The notes under the pieces are model-generated. The model saw nothing but the letters and a program-made list of their open reading frames with translations, was not told the DNA's origin and did no database searches. From positions 32,001 to 96,000 of the forward strand of contig CAXXWC010000020.1 in assembly GCA_963668645.2 (NCBI GenBank): DNA of 64,000 nt. Reading direction: 5' to 3'. The position numbers and the translations under genes were made by a program. Positions 29,161-39,664 of the stretch are shown piece after piece. This stretch comes from Desulfobacterales bacterium (GTDB lineage: Bacteria; Desulfobacterota; Desulfobacteria; Desulfobacterales; UBA2174). Positions within the stretch are counted from its first letter, which is position 1. Every line of letters starts with the position of its first letter.

Positions 29161-30644
29161 TGCCCGCTGCCGGTGAAACCCTTGTGCGACTGGACGGGAT
29201 CGACAAGCATTTCGGCGCCGTTCATGCCAATCGCTCCATCGATCTGAATATCCAGGCCGGGCGCATCAAGGCCCTGCTGGGTGAAAACGGTGCCGGCAAG
29301 AGCACTTTGATGAGCATCCTCGCCGGGCGGATCAAACCGGATGGCGGCAAGATTCATATCGGTGGCTCGGCCCGTGCCTATCTCACTCCCCGCGAAGCTA
29401 TCGGCGCCGGCATCGGCATGGTCTATCAGCATTTTACCCTCATCGATGCGCTGAGCGTTGCTGAAAATGTCTGCCTCGGCCAGCCGGCCGGGTTTTGGCA
29501 TAACCCCGGGCAAATCGAGGCCCGGGTTTCGGCTCTGGCCGCATCGGTGGGCCTGGATATCGATCCATCCGCGACGGTGGCCCATCTTTCCATGGGCGAA
29601 CGCCAGCGCGTGGAGATTCTCAAGCTTCTTCAGCGCCAGAGCCGCGTTTTGATTTTCGATGAACCGACTTCAGTATTGACCCAGCACGAAATTGAACAGC
29701 TTTTTAAAGCCTTGCGCAACATGGCCGACCAGGGCAAGGCCATCGTCTTTATCAGCCACAAGCTTGGTGAAGTCCTTGATATCGCAGATGATATCGCCAT
29801 CCTCCGCCGTGGCCGGATTATCGAGGAAAAACCCAAAGCGGGCTATGCCGACAAGGCCGAATTGGCCCGGCGCATGGTGGGCCGCGACGTGCTCCTGGAA
29901 ATTGAGCGGCCGACTGTCGAAATGCGCCAGCCCGTCTTGAATGTCGAACAGCTTTGCGGCGACGGCATCCAGGACGTGAACTTTCGCCTCAAACAAGGAG
30001 AGATTCTCGCTATTCTCGGCGTGGCCGGAAACGGGCAGACGCCTCTGGTACAAACCGTTTGCGGCCTCCTTGCACCGGGTTCAGGCTCGATACACATTCT
30101 GGGCCAAACATGGGAGCGGTATTTTTCCGGCTCCCAATCCGGCCTGGTATACATTCCTGAAGATCGGCTCGGTCTGGCCACCTGCCCGCGCCTTAATCTA
30201 CTGGACAATTTTCTGCTGACCACCCGCCGGCGGTTCTGCCGCGGTCCTTGGATCCTACGATCGGCGGCGGCAAAACGCCTCAATGCCTTGATCACCGATT
30301 TCAACATCCAGCCGGGGCATATCAGCCTGGCGGCTCGCCAGCTTTCCGGGGGAAATCTTCAGAAACTGGTGCTGGCGCGCGAATTTTTTCGGCGCCCCCA
30401 CCTCATCGTCGCCGAGCAGCCGACTCAGGGATTGGATATCGGCGCCACCGAAGACGTATGGCGCCTGCTGCTCAAGGCGCGTGAAGAAGCGGGAATTTTA
30501 CTGGTCACCGGCGATTTGAACGAAGCTTTGGCACTCAGCGATCGCTTGGCTGTGATGTACCGCGGTCGCATCGTGGACATCTTTTCTGTTTTCGACACCC
30601 AAAAAGTCGACCGCATCGGGCAGATGATGGCAGGGCTTGACTGA
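29160..30644 (+). CDS. ABC transporter ATP-binding protein (double NBD)
   Basis: [24 protein letters not shown]. Confidence 0.93.
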   Translation: MPAAGETLVRLDGIDKHFGAVHANRSIDLNIQAGRIKALLGENGAGKSTLMSILAGRIKPDGGKIHIGGSARAYLTPREAIGAGIGMVYQHFTLIDALSVAENVCLGQPAGFWHNPGQIEARVSALAASVGLDIDPSATVAHLSMGERQRVEILKLLQRQSRVLIFDEPTSVLTQHEIEQLFKALRNMADQGKAIVFISHKLGEVLDIADDIAILRRGRIIEEKPKAGYADKAELARRMVGRDVLLEIERPTVEMRQPVLNVEQLCGDGIQDVNFRLKQGEILAILGVAGNGQTPLVQTVCGLLAPGSGSIHILGQTWERYFSGSQSGLVYIPEDRLGLATCPRLNLLDNFLLTTRRRFCRGPWILRSAAAKRLNALITDFNIQPGHISLAARQLSGGNLQKLVLAREFFRRPHLIVAEQPTQGLDIGATEDVWRLLLKAREEAGILLVTGDLNEALALSDRLAVMYRGRIVDIFSVFDTQKVDRIGQMMAGLD

Positions 30645-30684
30645 ACGCGTTCGGCAGGTCAAACCATTAAAGGGAGAACTCGCC

Positions 30685-31542
30685 ATGAATCAATCAGGAA
30701 ACGATTTGGAATCGAATCCCACCGCCAAGCGGTGGCGCTGCACGGTTTGCGGATACATCCACACCGGACCCGAACCCCCCGAAAAATGCCCGGTCTGCGG
30801 CGCCGACCGCAGCAAATTCGTATTGCTTGATGATGCCGGCGAAGTTGCGGCAACCGCCGCTTCAGATGCTCCAGAACCGGATTCCCCCGTCTCCAGCGAC
30901 ACGGATTCGGCGATCCAGTGGCGCTGTACGGTCTGCGGCTACATTCACACCGGTCCCGAACCTCCCGAAAAATGCCCCGTCTGCGGTGCCGACCGGAGCA
31001 AATTCGTCAGGCTAGATCCGGAGCCGGATTTTCCCGAAACGCAATCGCTTGAGCCGCCTCCAGAGGCCTCTGCCAGGATTGAAACTTCCGGGCAGCGCAT
31101 TTACCGGCTGATCACCGAAAAGATGGTCGGCCTTCACGCGCATCCCATCTCGGTCCATATTCCCAATGGCGTTGCACCGGTTGCGGTGCTCTTTCTTTTT
31201 CTCGCCTGGCTTTTTTCTTCAGCGAACCTCGAAATGGTCGCCTACGCCAACATGGTAGTGGTTTTGCTGGCCATGCCCTTCGTTCTTTTTTCTGGCTACA
31301 ACGACTGGAAACGCCGCTATAGGGGGCAGCTGACCCAGGTCTTTATCGGCAAAATGGTCTGTGGCGGCCTGTTCACCGCCATAAGCCTGGTCCTCGTCGC
31401 CTGGCGCACGCTGTCGCCCCAGATCATGATCACAGCCGGAAGCGGTCGCGGTTTTTACATCTTTTTGCATCTACTGCTTTTGGCGATCGGAGCGGTAGCC
31501 GGCTATCTCGGCGGCAAACTTGTCTTTCACGCCGATCGTTGA
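30685..31542 (+). CDS. Two rubredoxin-like domains fused to a DUF2231-like membrane domain
   Basis: Two copies of [40 protein letters not shown]; four TM segments; GYLGGKLVF. Confidence 0.85.
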   Translation: MNQSGNDLESNPTAKRWRCTVCGYIHTGPEPPEKCPVCGADRSKFVLLDDAGEVAATAASDAPEPDSPVSSDTDSAIQWRCTVCGYIHTGPEPPEKCPVCGADRSKFVRLDPEPDFPETQSLEPPPEASARIETSGQRIYRLITEKMVGLHAHPISVHIPNGVAPVAVLFLFLAWLFSSANLEMVAYANMVVVLLAMPFVLFSGYNDWKRRYRGQLTQVFIGKMVCGGLFTAISLVLVAWRTLSPQIMITAGSGRGFYIFLHLLLLAIGAVAGYLGGKLVFHADR

Positions 31543-31545
31543 AAA

Positions 31546-31588
31546 AAAGCGGCGACTCGATCCCTTTCGAGCCGCCGCTTTCCTTTTA
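31546..31588 (+). terminator. Rho-independent terminator
   Basis: AAAGCGGCG..TCGA..TCGA..CGCCGCTTT followed by a T-rich tail. Confidence 0.7.
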
Positions 31589-31801
31589 TGCTTATCTCCA
31601 GACCGCTCTTTTTGCCAAAAGGACCTTCGCAATGTTCGAATCTCCCGCGAAGCCCTATTATTCAAGGATCTACAGACCGACCGCCCCATCGCTCGAATTT
31701 GGCCCGATTTTGACTCTCCAAAGGCCTAAGGCCGCGTCGAGCCCTTAAAGCGCCCCAAGCGATCTACAAGCCCATTATTTGGCGATCGACCATTTTTGCA
31801 T

Positions 31802-32614
31802 TCATGCAGTGCGGCCAAAAACCATGGCCACCCATCCTTGTTCGCTATTTTCGCGCACCGGCACCAATCGGACAACCGCCAACGCGCGCAACAGCGTCTC
31901 TCGCTCCGACAACCTCAGCCCCGAAACGACAAGCCTCCCGCCGTCGGCGAGCAGACGTGATAACTGCGGCGCCAACCGCACCAGGGTGGGCAATCGAAGA
32001 TTCGCCAGGATCAGCTCGAAAGCGGGGTTCAAATTTTCCAGGGGTGTATCCACCACCCTCATCCGATCCTGAAGCCCGTTGATCCGCGCGTTTTGCTTTG
32101 CCTCCCACAAAGCGCTGGGATCGATGTCCAGCCCTAGCGCCGATGCCGCTCCGAGAAGCAGGGCCGCAATGGCCAAAATTCCCGAACCGGTACCCACATC
32201 CAGCACACGTGCCGCAAAGCCCAGGGCATCGGCCGCAGTGATTTCATCGATGGCTTGCAGCGCCAGACGAGTCGTTGGATGATCGCCGGCGCCGAAAGAT
32301 GCCCCCACCGAGAGGCGTAGTCCAACTCGGCCTTTGCCTTGGTCCGGCAATGGTTGAGCCGTTTCCGGGATCAAAGATATTCTGGTGGATATATTGCGGC
32401 CGTGAAGGTAGGAAATTTCTAAGAAGGTCCTGCCCAATTGCTGGACATAAACCAGGCTGCCGCCGGCCAGCAGATTGCCCACCGCATCGGCAACGGCTTG
32501 CCGGTCGGCGGCGATATCCCGGCGGGCTGCACGGACCAGATCGATGAAGGTCAACCGGCGGCAGGACGTGCCGAGACGGTTTACCAGATACGCTTCAATC
32601 TGCGAGGGCGCCAT
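31802..32614 (-). CDS. PrmA-like (L11 methyltransferase family) SAM methyltransferase with atypical N-terminus
   Basis: SFGAGDHPTTRL, LDVGTGSGILA, ILANL, VVSG. Confidence 0.8.
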   Translation of the reverse strand: MAPSQIEAYLVNRLGTSCRRLTFIDLVRAARRDIAADRQAVADAVGNLLAGGSLVYVQQLGRTFLEISYLHGRNISTRISLIPETAQPLPDQGKGRVGLRLSVGASFGAGDHPTTRLALQAIDEITAADALGFAARVLDVGTGSGILAIAALLLGAASALGLDIDPSALWEAKQNARINGLQDRMRVVDTPLENLNPAFELILANLRLPTLVRLAPQLSRLLADGGRLVVSGLRLSERETLLRALAVVRLVPVRENSEQGWVAMVFGRTA

Positions 32615-32655
32615 CCGCCATCACTCCCTCCGAGTGACAGAAAGCTTAAAAGATC

Positions 32656-33021
32656 TCAATCATCCAACCAGGGAGGCTGTTGACCTTCACTTTCCAGCAA
32701 CGCCCGGTACCAAACGGCAAATTCATACATGGCGATGTACCGATCGTCGCTGTTGATCAGCCCGAGCGCCATATCGAGTACGGCCTGCCCATATGAATTG
32801 GAATATTTTTCATTCTCCCGCGACCAGAGGAATTCGCGAAATAACTCAATCGAGGTGCGCCGTGTGGTGTCGCGCCGAATTTCAATGGGGTCTTTAGGCT
32901 CCAAAAAAGGATCCCATTTATCATAGCCCCGGCGCAGAATATGTTTCTGCCGCCGGGGTGCCATGGCATCGAAAACCGCTCGTTTGCGTGCATCACGGTC
33001 TTCAGGAGTGAACTCGCTCAT
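32656..33021 (-). CDS. Hypothetical protein
   Basis: Clean ORF; ATGA overlap with the upstream gene; GGAG RBS. Confidence 0.7.
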   Translation of the reverse strand: MSEFTPEDRDARKRAVFDAMAPRRQKHILRRGYDKWDPFLEPKDPIEIRRDTTRRTSIELFREFLWSRENEKYSNSYGQAVLDMALGLINSDDRYIAMYEFAVWYRALLESEGQQPPWLDD

Positions 33022-33713
33022 GGCGCATCTCCCTTGGCCTTGTCTTCGGTCGTCTCCTCGTCGATTCCCAGATATGCATCATCGTAGCTGGTTAGCAGGG
33101 CCATGGAAAGGGGGACGAGCAGATCGACCAGCTTGATGTTGCGCGAGCCGATGTCGCGAAGCAGGGTCGCCGATATCTCCTGTAATCGGGCATGAATCAG
33201 GTCTAGATAAACCGTCGGATAAGAATTTCCCGGCTCAAAGCCGCTCAGCCCGCAGGTGTGCCCGCTGCCATCAATCGCCGTCGGAATTCCGTAAAGACGG
33301 CAAGTAATGGGGCGATAGGCATAAAGCGCACATTGTCCCTCGTCATTCAAGAGCGGACAGGCAACGCGCATTTCACCCAGCCTTTCGAGAACCGTCGTTT
33401 CATTTTCCCCTTCAGCCACGGCCTTGGCCGCATCGCGCTTGATACGGGCCAGCTGGCGATCGACCCGATTGGCCTTGTCTAACAGGGCCGCTTGTTGGGC
33501 CTCGGTCAAGGTTTCAGAAAAGCGTGTGTGGATATAGATGGACTCGATCAATGAGAGATCGAATAATGCTAAACAGCAGTCCGAGCAACCGAGGCGGCAT
33601 CGAACTTCGTCCGGATACGCCGCCTTGACCCGCTCGAAGGCGGCATCCACCTTGGCCACCAAAGCCTCATACATCTCGAAATAGGGATTTAGATCTGTCT
33701 TCATCTTCTCCAC
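33018..33713 (-). CDS. YkgJ-family cysteine-cluster protein
   Basis: CRLGCSDCC...CPLLNDEGQCALYAYRPITCRLYG. Confidence 0.85.
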   Translation of the reverse strand: MEKMKTDLNPYFEMYEALVAKVDAAFERVKAAYPDEVRCRLGCSDCCLALFDLSLIESIYIHTRFSETLTEAQQAALLDKANRVDRQLARIKRDAAKAVAEGENETTVLERLGEMRVACPLLNDEGQCALYAYRPITCRLYGIPTAIDGSGHTCGLSGFEPGNSYPTVYLDLIHARLQEISATLLRDIGSRNIKLVDLLVPLSMALLTSYDDAYLGIDEETTEDKAKGDAP

Positions 33714-33753
33714 CTTTCACAGTGCCGAGCAGATCCTGAATTGCCCCACATCC

Positions 33754-33769
33754 TGTTTCACGTGAAACA
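33754..33769. promoter_or_regulatory. parS: parS centromere-like site
   Basis: Perfect 16-bp palindrome TGTTTCACGTGAAACA, intergenic. Confidence 0.9.
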
Positions 33770-33795
33770 ACCCACCGCCTCGATCTGTGAAGCGA

Positions 33796-35208
33796 TTATT
33801 TTCCGATGCAAAACTGCGCGAAAATGCGATCCAAGCTATCGGCGCTGATTTGTCGTCCTGAGGCGTTGTCCAGGCACGAAAGAGCCTCTTTGAGATCGGA
33901 AACCGCCAATACCGCCCCTTGGCCTGAAGTATCCAAAACCCCGGCGGCACGCTCCAGGGCCTCGCAGGCCAGTTCAAAAAGGCGGTGTTGCCTCAGGTTG
34001 GGAATCACATCCAGCTCCGCTTCATCTAGCGGCGTTGCGGCCAAATCAATAATCGCCGCTTCCAGAAGGCATAGATCCTTGTCATAGCGCGCCGAGATTT
34101 TAACCATCGGCCATTTAGGCCATGATTCGGGAATGGATACCCGCCTCGGATCTTCGACCAGGTCCATCTTGTTGCAGACTATCAGAACGTTGCGATTCTC
34201 GATCAATCGCCGTATTTGTTCGTCTTCTTGATTAAGGCTTCTTCCGGCGTCCAGCACAAAAAGGATGATTTCACAATCGTCCAGGCATTCGACGGTTTTT
34301 TCCATGCTCGAGAGATCGAGGACTTCTTGACTCTGTCCCAGGCCTGCGGTGTCGGTCAGGATCAGCGGCAGATCTCCAATTTTCAAAAAAATGTCGACAC
34401 GGTCCCGGGTCGTGCCCGGCCGATCGGACACAAGAACCCGATCGGCACAAACAAGCCGGTTGACCAGGCTCGACTTTCCCACATTGGGGCACCCGATCAC
34501 CGCGATTCTCAATCCTTCCACGAAAGGCTGCGCGTTCCGGTAGCCGCGCATCATGAGCTGCAAAGCGGGCAATACATCATCTTGGATTTTTCGCAGGGCA
34601 TCCGCCTCTGCTTCGATGGGTTCGATCTCTTCGCCGAATTCGATGCCGGCTTCGATTTCGCTCACGATCTGGGCAACCGCTTCGCGAATCTCATCGAAAC
34701 GGCGCCCCAACCCCCCTTCGAGACGTTTGCCGGCCGCCTGCAATGCTTTGGTGCTTCTCGAATGGATCGTTTCGGCGACGGCTTCGGCCTGGCAAAGGTC
34801 GATGCGCCCGTTGAGCCAGGCCCTGCGTGTGAATTCTCCCGGCTCTGCAAGCCTGGCACCGCTTTTCAATACCGATTCAAGAATCGCCTTTAGGCATTGA
34901 TAACCGCCATGACTGTTGATTTCCACCACATCTTCCGCGGTATAGCTATGGGGGGCCAACATTACCCCCACCAGCACCTCATCGAGGATTTCCCCGTTTT
35001 CAGCCGAATGAATCCATCCATGGTAGAGCCGATGAGACTCACCCCGCAAGATATGGCTTGAATCGGGTGTCGATTCTCGCCCGGATCGAAAAAGAGCGCC
35101 TACGATGTCCAGGGCCCCGGGGCCGGACAATTTTACGATCCCGATACCCGCAAAGCCCTTGGCCGTGGCAATCGCCGCGATGGTATCGTGTTGATACAAA
35201 CTGTTCAT
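33796..35208 (-). CDS. mnmE: tRNA modification GTPase MnmE
   Basis: DTIAAIAT, GCPNVGKSS, PGTTRD, DTAG, NKMD, C-terminal FCIGK. Confidence 0.96.
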   Translation of the reverse strand: MNSLYQHDTIAAIATAKGFAGIGIVKLSGPGALDIVGALFRSGRESTPDSSHILRGESHRLYHGWIHSAENGEILDEVLVGVMLAPHSYTAEDVVEINSHGGYQCLKAILESVLKSGARLAEPGEFTRRAWLNGRIDLCQAEAVAETIHSRSTKALQAAGKRLEGGLGRRFDEIREAVAQIVSEIEAGIEFGEEIEPIEAEADALRKIQDDVLPALQLMMRGYRNAQPFVEGLRIAVIGCPNVGKSSLVNRLVCADRVLVSDRPGTTRDRVDIFLKIGDLPLILTDTAGLGQSQEVLDLSSMEKTVECLDDCEIILFVLDAGRSLNQEDEQIRRLIENRNVLIVCNKMDLVEDPRRVSIPESWPKWPMVKISARYDKDLCLLEAAIIDLAATPLDEAELDVIPNLRQHRLFELACEALERAAGVLDTSGQGAVLAVSDLKEALSCLDNASGRQISADSLDRIFAQFCIGK

Positions 35209-35296
35209 CCAACCGCATATCCTTTCAAAAACGGCATCAATCCAGGATAGGCGCCATTCCAGAGACTCGACCCGCCCTGCCCGCGGCAACACCGCT

Positions 35297-37017
35297 TCAG
35301 GTGTTCTTTTGATAAATGTAGTACTGCTGGGCGATGGATACCAGGTTGTTGATCAGCCAGTAGAGAACCAATCCGGAAGAAAAGTTGACAAAAATAACGG
35401 TGAAAATAATCGGCATGAAGGTCATCATCTTGGCTTGCGTCGGATCGCCGGGGGTGGGAGTCATCTTTTGCTGCAAGAACATGGTGGCCCCCATGATCAG
35501 CGTCAGTACCGGAATGCCGTAGGGCGGCTCCATCATCGGCACGGTGACGTCAAAGCTGAAAAGACGGTCCGGGGCCGACAGATCGTTTATCCACCCGAAA
35601 AAGGGCGCGTGGCGCAGTTCGATGGCTTCGTAAAGCATCCGGTATAGAGCGAAAAACACCGGCAACTGAACCAGCATCGGCAAACATCCACCCAGCGGAT
35701 TGACCTTGTAAACCCGATAGAGACCCATCATCTCTTCGTTCATTCGCTTTTTATCGTTCTTGTATTTTTCACGAATTTCGGTCATCAGCGGTTGCATGCG
35801 CCGCATTTCATTCATGGATTTGTAGCTTTTGTTCCCCAGTGGCCAAAGAAGAAGCTTGGTCAACAGGGTCAAAAGAATAATCGCGATGCCGTAGTTGGGA
35901 ATAAATCCGTGCACCCAGTTCATGAACCACAAACATGGCTTGGCAATGAAATCAAACATCCCGAAATCGATTGCCCGCTCCAATTCGAGACCGTATTGCT
36001 TCAGTATATCCATCCGCTTCGGGCCGAAATAGAGCTGATATTGGGTGCTAAACGCCTGGCCCGGCAAGATCTCCTGCGCCGGATCGACGAGCTTGCTGTT
36101 GAGCACATTGTCCTCTTTATGGCTCAACTCCATGACGGCATCCGTATTGACCGCCATTGCCAGGGCGCTTAGAAAATACCGATTCTGAACGGCAATCCAA
36201 CGAATTTTTCCTGGATAGGTGTTTTGATCTTCGATATCGCCGATGTCGACCTGCTTCAATTTTCCGTTAATCAAGGCGCTTGGACCGGAAAATCCGTACC
36301 GATCCTTTTTTTTGGGCTGCATTTGGGAAATGCCGGCGTAGAGCTGTGCCGAAATAGGCTGGCTCGACCCATTGGTGACCACAACATCCATGTCTATAAT
36401 GTAGCTGTCCGGCTTAAATTTGAATATCTTTTCAACACGCAAGCCGTCGGCGCGCAAATAACGCATGGTCAAATTCAAAGGGCCTTTGTCGACTTTGATT
36501 TTTTGAGCATCGTTGTCGGCTGTGAAAACCGGCGACTGGAGCAAATTGGCACCGTTTCCCGTTAGCCCGATCCATCCACTGCCCGGATGTACATTTCTGT
36601 CCAGCAACAAATATGGTTTGGCGTCTTTGGAAACGTCCTGGCGATAATCTTTAAGTTCGACACGCCTTACGATCCCGCCCTTTTCATCGATTTCGAGCCG
36701 GTAAAAGCGGTTTTCAATTTGCAGGCTCCGGGCCTTTTGGCCGGATACGCCCTCTTGCTTGTACGCCTGGCCTTGTTGCGCCGCAGTTGCTGCCATCGTG
36801 CGCTGCCCGCCGCTAATCGCGTCCTGCGGGTTGACACCAGCCGCCGTTTTTTGAGTGTCTTCTGCTTTCGAAGCGCTCGTTTTCCCACTGTCGCTCTGAA
36901 CGACGGCGGGCGCCTGAGCTTGCTGTTGAAGCGCGTCGCGGTCAACGAAAAAAAACTCCCAAACGAAAAACACGGCGAATGAGAGCAAAATGGCTAAAAA
37001 AATGCGGCATGTTCCAT
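35297..37017 (-). CDS. yidC: Membrane protein insertase YidC (apparent 1-nt deletion near the 5' end; open frame from 36988)
   Basis: YFGPK, NPLGGCLP, ELRHAPF, DLSAPD, GLVLYW; the likely ATG at 37017 is 1 nt out of frame. Confidence 0.93.
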
Positions 37018-37151
37018 CGGTTTCTCGGCTCCAAATTTACAAACGACTCAACGATAGTGTTTGCGTCGAAAAATGGCTGCTCTTTATGAGATGCACGTTT
37101 TGGGCTGGTTTGGATCGCATTTGGCACAAAGATGGCTCAGCCATCTGCGCC

Positions 37152-37364
37152 TCAAGGAACAGGATCATAACCGCCTGGGTGAAACGGATGACACCGCAAC
37201 AGGCGCCTCAGGGCCATGAACCCACCGCGCCAAAAGCCATATCTGCCGATGGCCTGATAGGCATAGTCACTACACGACGGGTAGAAGCGGCATGCTGGCG
37301 GCAGCACAGGAGAAATGAGGTACTGGTAGCTGCGAATCAGCACTTTGGCGATCTTCTCCAGCAC
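37152..37364 (-). CDS. yidD: Membrane protein insertion efficiency factor YidD
   Basis: [29 protein letters not shown]. Confidence 0.95.
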   Translation of the reverse strand: MLEKIAKVLIRSYQYLISPVLPPACRFYPSCSDYAYQAIGRYGFWRGGFMALRRLLRCHPFHPGGYDPVP

Positions 37365-37368
37365 GATT

Positions 37369-37731
37369 TCACCCCGGGTTCTGCCGCAGCAGCGGCTTGA
37401 ATAGCTGATCCAACGAGCATACCAGTACACTGTTTGAAAGAGATGCCGCCTGCCGCTTGGCGATTAAATTGATGTCCCAGGCATTTTTGATGATGTGCTT
37501 CCGGTGTCTGAAGAATTCCCGGCAGACGCGCTTGATCCGGTTGCGCGTCACCGCGCCGCCGACCTTTTTGGTAACGGTGATCCCGAGCCGCGAACACCCG
37601 GCTTGACTTCGATCATAGCAGAGGATGAACAGCGCATTTTGCAGCCGGCGCCCCCGGCGCGAAAGGTACAAAAAGCGTGAGCGTTGTAACAGCCGTTCTT
37701 CGCGCCCAAAGACAAAACGCCTGGTCCGCAT
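37369..37731 (-). CDS. rnpA: Ribonuclease P protein component
   Basis: [21 protein letters not shown]. Confidence 0.95.
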   Translation of the reverse strand: MRTRRFVFGREERLLQRSRFLYLSRRGRRLQNALFILCYDRSQAGCSRLGITVTKKVGGAVTRNRIKRVCREFFRHRKHIIKNAWDINLIAKRQAASLSNSVLVCSLDQLFKPLLRQNPG

Positions 37732-37774
37732 ACCACCTTCTGACCGGCTCCGGGCCAAGCGTTTCGAGCCTTGT

Positions 37775-37909
37775 TTAGACGGACAGCCTTCTGCGACCCT
37801 TGGCTCTTCTGCGGCTGATGACCTTGCGCCCGGCCTTGGTGGACATACGCTTGAGAAACCCATGGGTTCTGACCCGACGTTTGCGATGCGGTTGATAGGT
37901 CCTTTTCAT
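37775..37909 (-). CDS. rpmH: 50S ribosomal protein L34 (below the ORF-track cutoff)
   Basis: Manual translation [44 protein letters not shown]. Confidence 0.97.
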   Translation of the reverse strand: MKRTYQPHRKRRVRTHGFLKRMSTKAGRKVISRRRAKGRRRLSV

Positions 37910-38047
37910 CATTCACCTTCCTTGGCCGCCGGGAGCGCTCAACGTTCTGCGGAGCCGGCCCGGGGCCGTTTTTTATATTTTTAATATTTTCGACAGCTTG
38001 AGCAATTCCTGCAAAATTGATTATTCAATCATGCCAGATCATGCTTG

Positions 38048-39664
38048 TCAAGCATCTTTTGTATCTTGCGTATCTTGATCAAAGATACCGTCTATCCTTT
38101 TGGCGGGCTTGGTTACGATTTCAAAGACATCGAACTGCTCCACGTGGAACTGTGGATTCGGATAGATGACAATCTGCTTTTCAAGACGCCGCTCCAGCGA
38201 GGAGAGCAGATAGTTTTCCTCCCCATGAAGCCGGTCGGCGATCTCCGGGTTGACCCGCAACATCAATCGGTCGCCGACCATGTCCTGCGCCTCTCGCAGG
38301 ATTTCTCTGTAAACATCATAACATATAGATTTTCTGCTAATCAGGTACCCCTCACCCTCGCAGTAAAAACACGGTTCACACAGGGTGTTGGTCAGACTCT
38401 TGCGGATTCGCTTGCGCGTCATCTGCACCAGCCCAAGCTCGGAGATGGGAAGGATGTGGGTCTTGCTGCGGTCTTTCTGGACGGCTTCTTTGAGGGCATT
38501 GAAAACCTTTTCCTGGTGCCCTTTTTTTTCCATGTCGATGAAGTCGATGACGATAATACCACCGATGTCACGCAAGCGGATCTGGTAGGCAATCTCTTTA
38601 ACCGCTTCAAGATTGGTCTTGAAAATGGTCTCTTCCAGATTATGCTTGCCCACGTATCGGCCGGTGTTGACGTCTATGGCGCAGAGGGCTTCGGTCTGCT
38701 CGATAACGATGTACCCCCCCGATTTTAGCCACACCTTCTTCTTCAGCGCCCGTGAAATGTCGCCTTCCAGATGGAAAGCGTCGAAAATCGGCTCGTTGCC
38801 TTCGTAAAGCTCCACCGATTTCCTCAACCCCGGCGCGCAGGTATCCAAAAAACAGAGCACTTGCTCGTAGCCGCTGCGCGAATCGATAACGACCTTGTCG
38901 GCTTCTTGGGTCAGCAGGTCTCGCACGGCACGCAAACTGACGTTGAGTTCCTTGTGCAACAGCGTCGGTGCGGCATTGTTGGCGTATTTTTTCTTGATGC
39001 TCTGCCATAATCGATCCAGAAAGGCCATCTCGGAGGCCATCACCTCTTGCTGGATCCCTTCTGCGGCCGTGCGAACGATATAGCCGTACTCGTTGGTGCG
39101 CAGTTCCGAGATGACCTGTTTCAGGCGCAGCCGCTCGGCCTCATCTTCGATTTTGCGCGACACGCCGATATGCTTCGAGTTGGGCATCATCACCAGAAAG
39201 CGCCCGGGCAAGGAGACGTGGCAGGTCACACGGGCGCCCTTGGTGCCGATGGGCGATTTGGCCACATGGACCAAAATTTCCTGGCCTTCGGTGAGCAGGT
39301 CCTCGATCCCCGGCCTTGGCGGCGCCTCGATCCACGGCTGTTCGCCATCCTCTCCGGACGAGTCAAGGATTTCCGCTCTATCCGGTTCTTGATCCAACTC
39401 ATCATCGGCCAGCAACTCATCCACGTCGTTCAGCGGTCCACCGAGCACATCACCGACGTAGATAAAGGCCGCCTGATTCAGTCCGATATCGACAAAGGCA
39501 GCCTGCATTCCAGGCAGAACCCGTTGCACCCGGCCCTTGTAAATATTTCCTGCTATATCCGATTCATCCTGTCGATGAATAAACAGTTCGACGATGGTGC
39601 CGTCTTCCAGCAGGGCCACACGTGTTTCATGCTCGGCCATGTTGACGATCAGTTTGCGAAACAT
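38048..39664 (-). CDS. rng: Rne/Rng-family ribonuclease (RNase G-like)
   Basis: GNIYKGRV..PGMQAAFVDIG S1 domain; IDVNTG; GGIIVIDFIDM. Confidence 0.93.
   Translation of the reverse strand: MFRKLIVNMAEHETRVALLEDGTIVELFIHRQDESDIAGNIYKGRVQRVLPGMQAAFVDIGLNQAAFIYVGDVLGGPLNDVDELLADDELDQEPDRAEILDSSGEDGEQPWIEAPPRPGIEDLLTEGQEILVHVAKSPIGTKGARVTCHVSLPGRFLVMMPNSKHIGVSRKIEDEAERLRLKQVISELRTNEYGYIVRTAAEGIQQEVMASEMAFLDRLWQSIKKKYANNAAPTLLHKELNVSLRAVRDLLTQEADKVVIDSRSGYEQVLCFLDTCAPGLRKSVELYEGNEPIFDAFHLEGDISRALKKKVWLKSGGYIVIEQTEALCAIDVNTGRYVGKHNLEETIFKTNLEAVKEIAYQIRLRDIGGIIVIDFIDMEKKGHQEKVFNALKEAVQKDRSKTHILPISELGLVQMTRKRIRKSLTNTLCEPCFYCEGEGYLISRKSICYDVYREILREAQDMVGDRLMLRVNPEIADRLHGEENYLLSSLERRLEKQIVIYPNPQFHVEQFDVFEIVTKPAKRIDGIFDQDTQDTKDA

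Noticed and set aside
31590..31800. Short repeats (GATCTACA, AAGCCC(T)ATTATT) in a convergent intergenic gap
   Set aside because: They are too short and irregular to support an ncRNA or mobile-element call.
37121..37137. sigma54-like TGGCAC-N5-TGGCT
   Set aside because: The -12 element is imperfect and it points antisense to yidD with no downstream gene.
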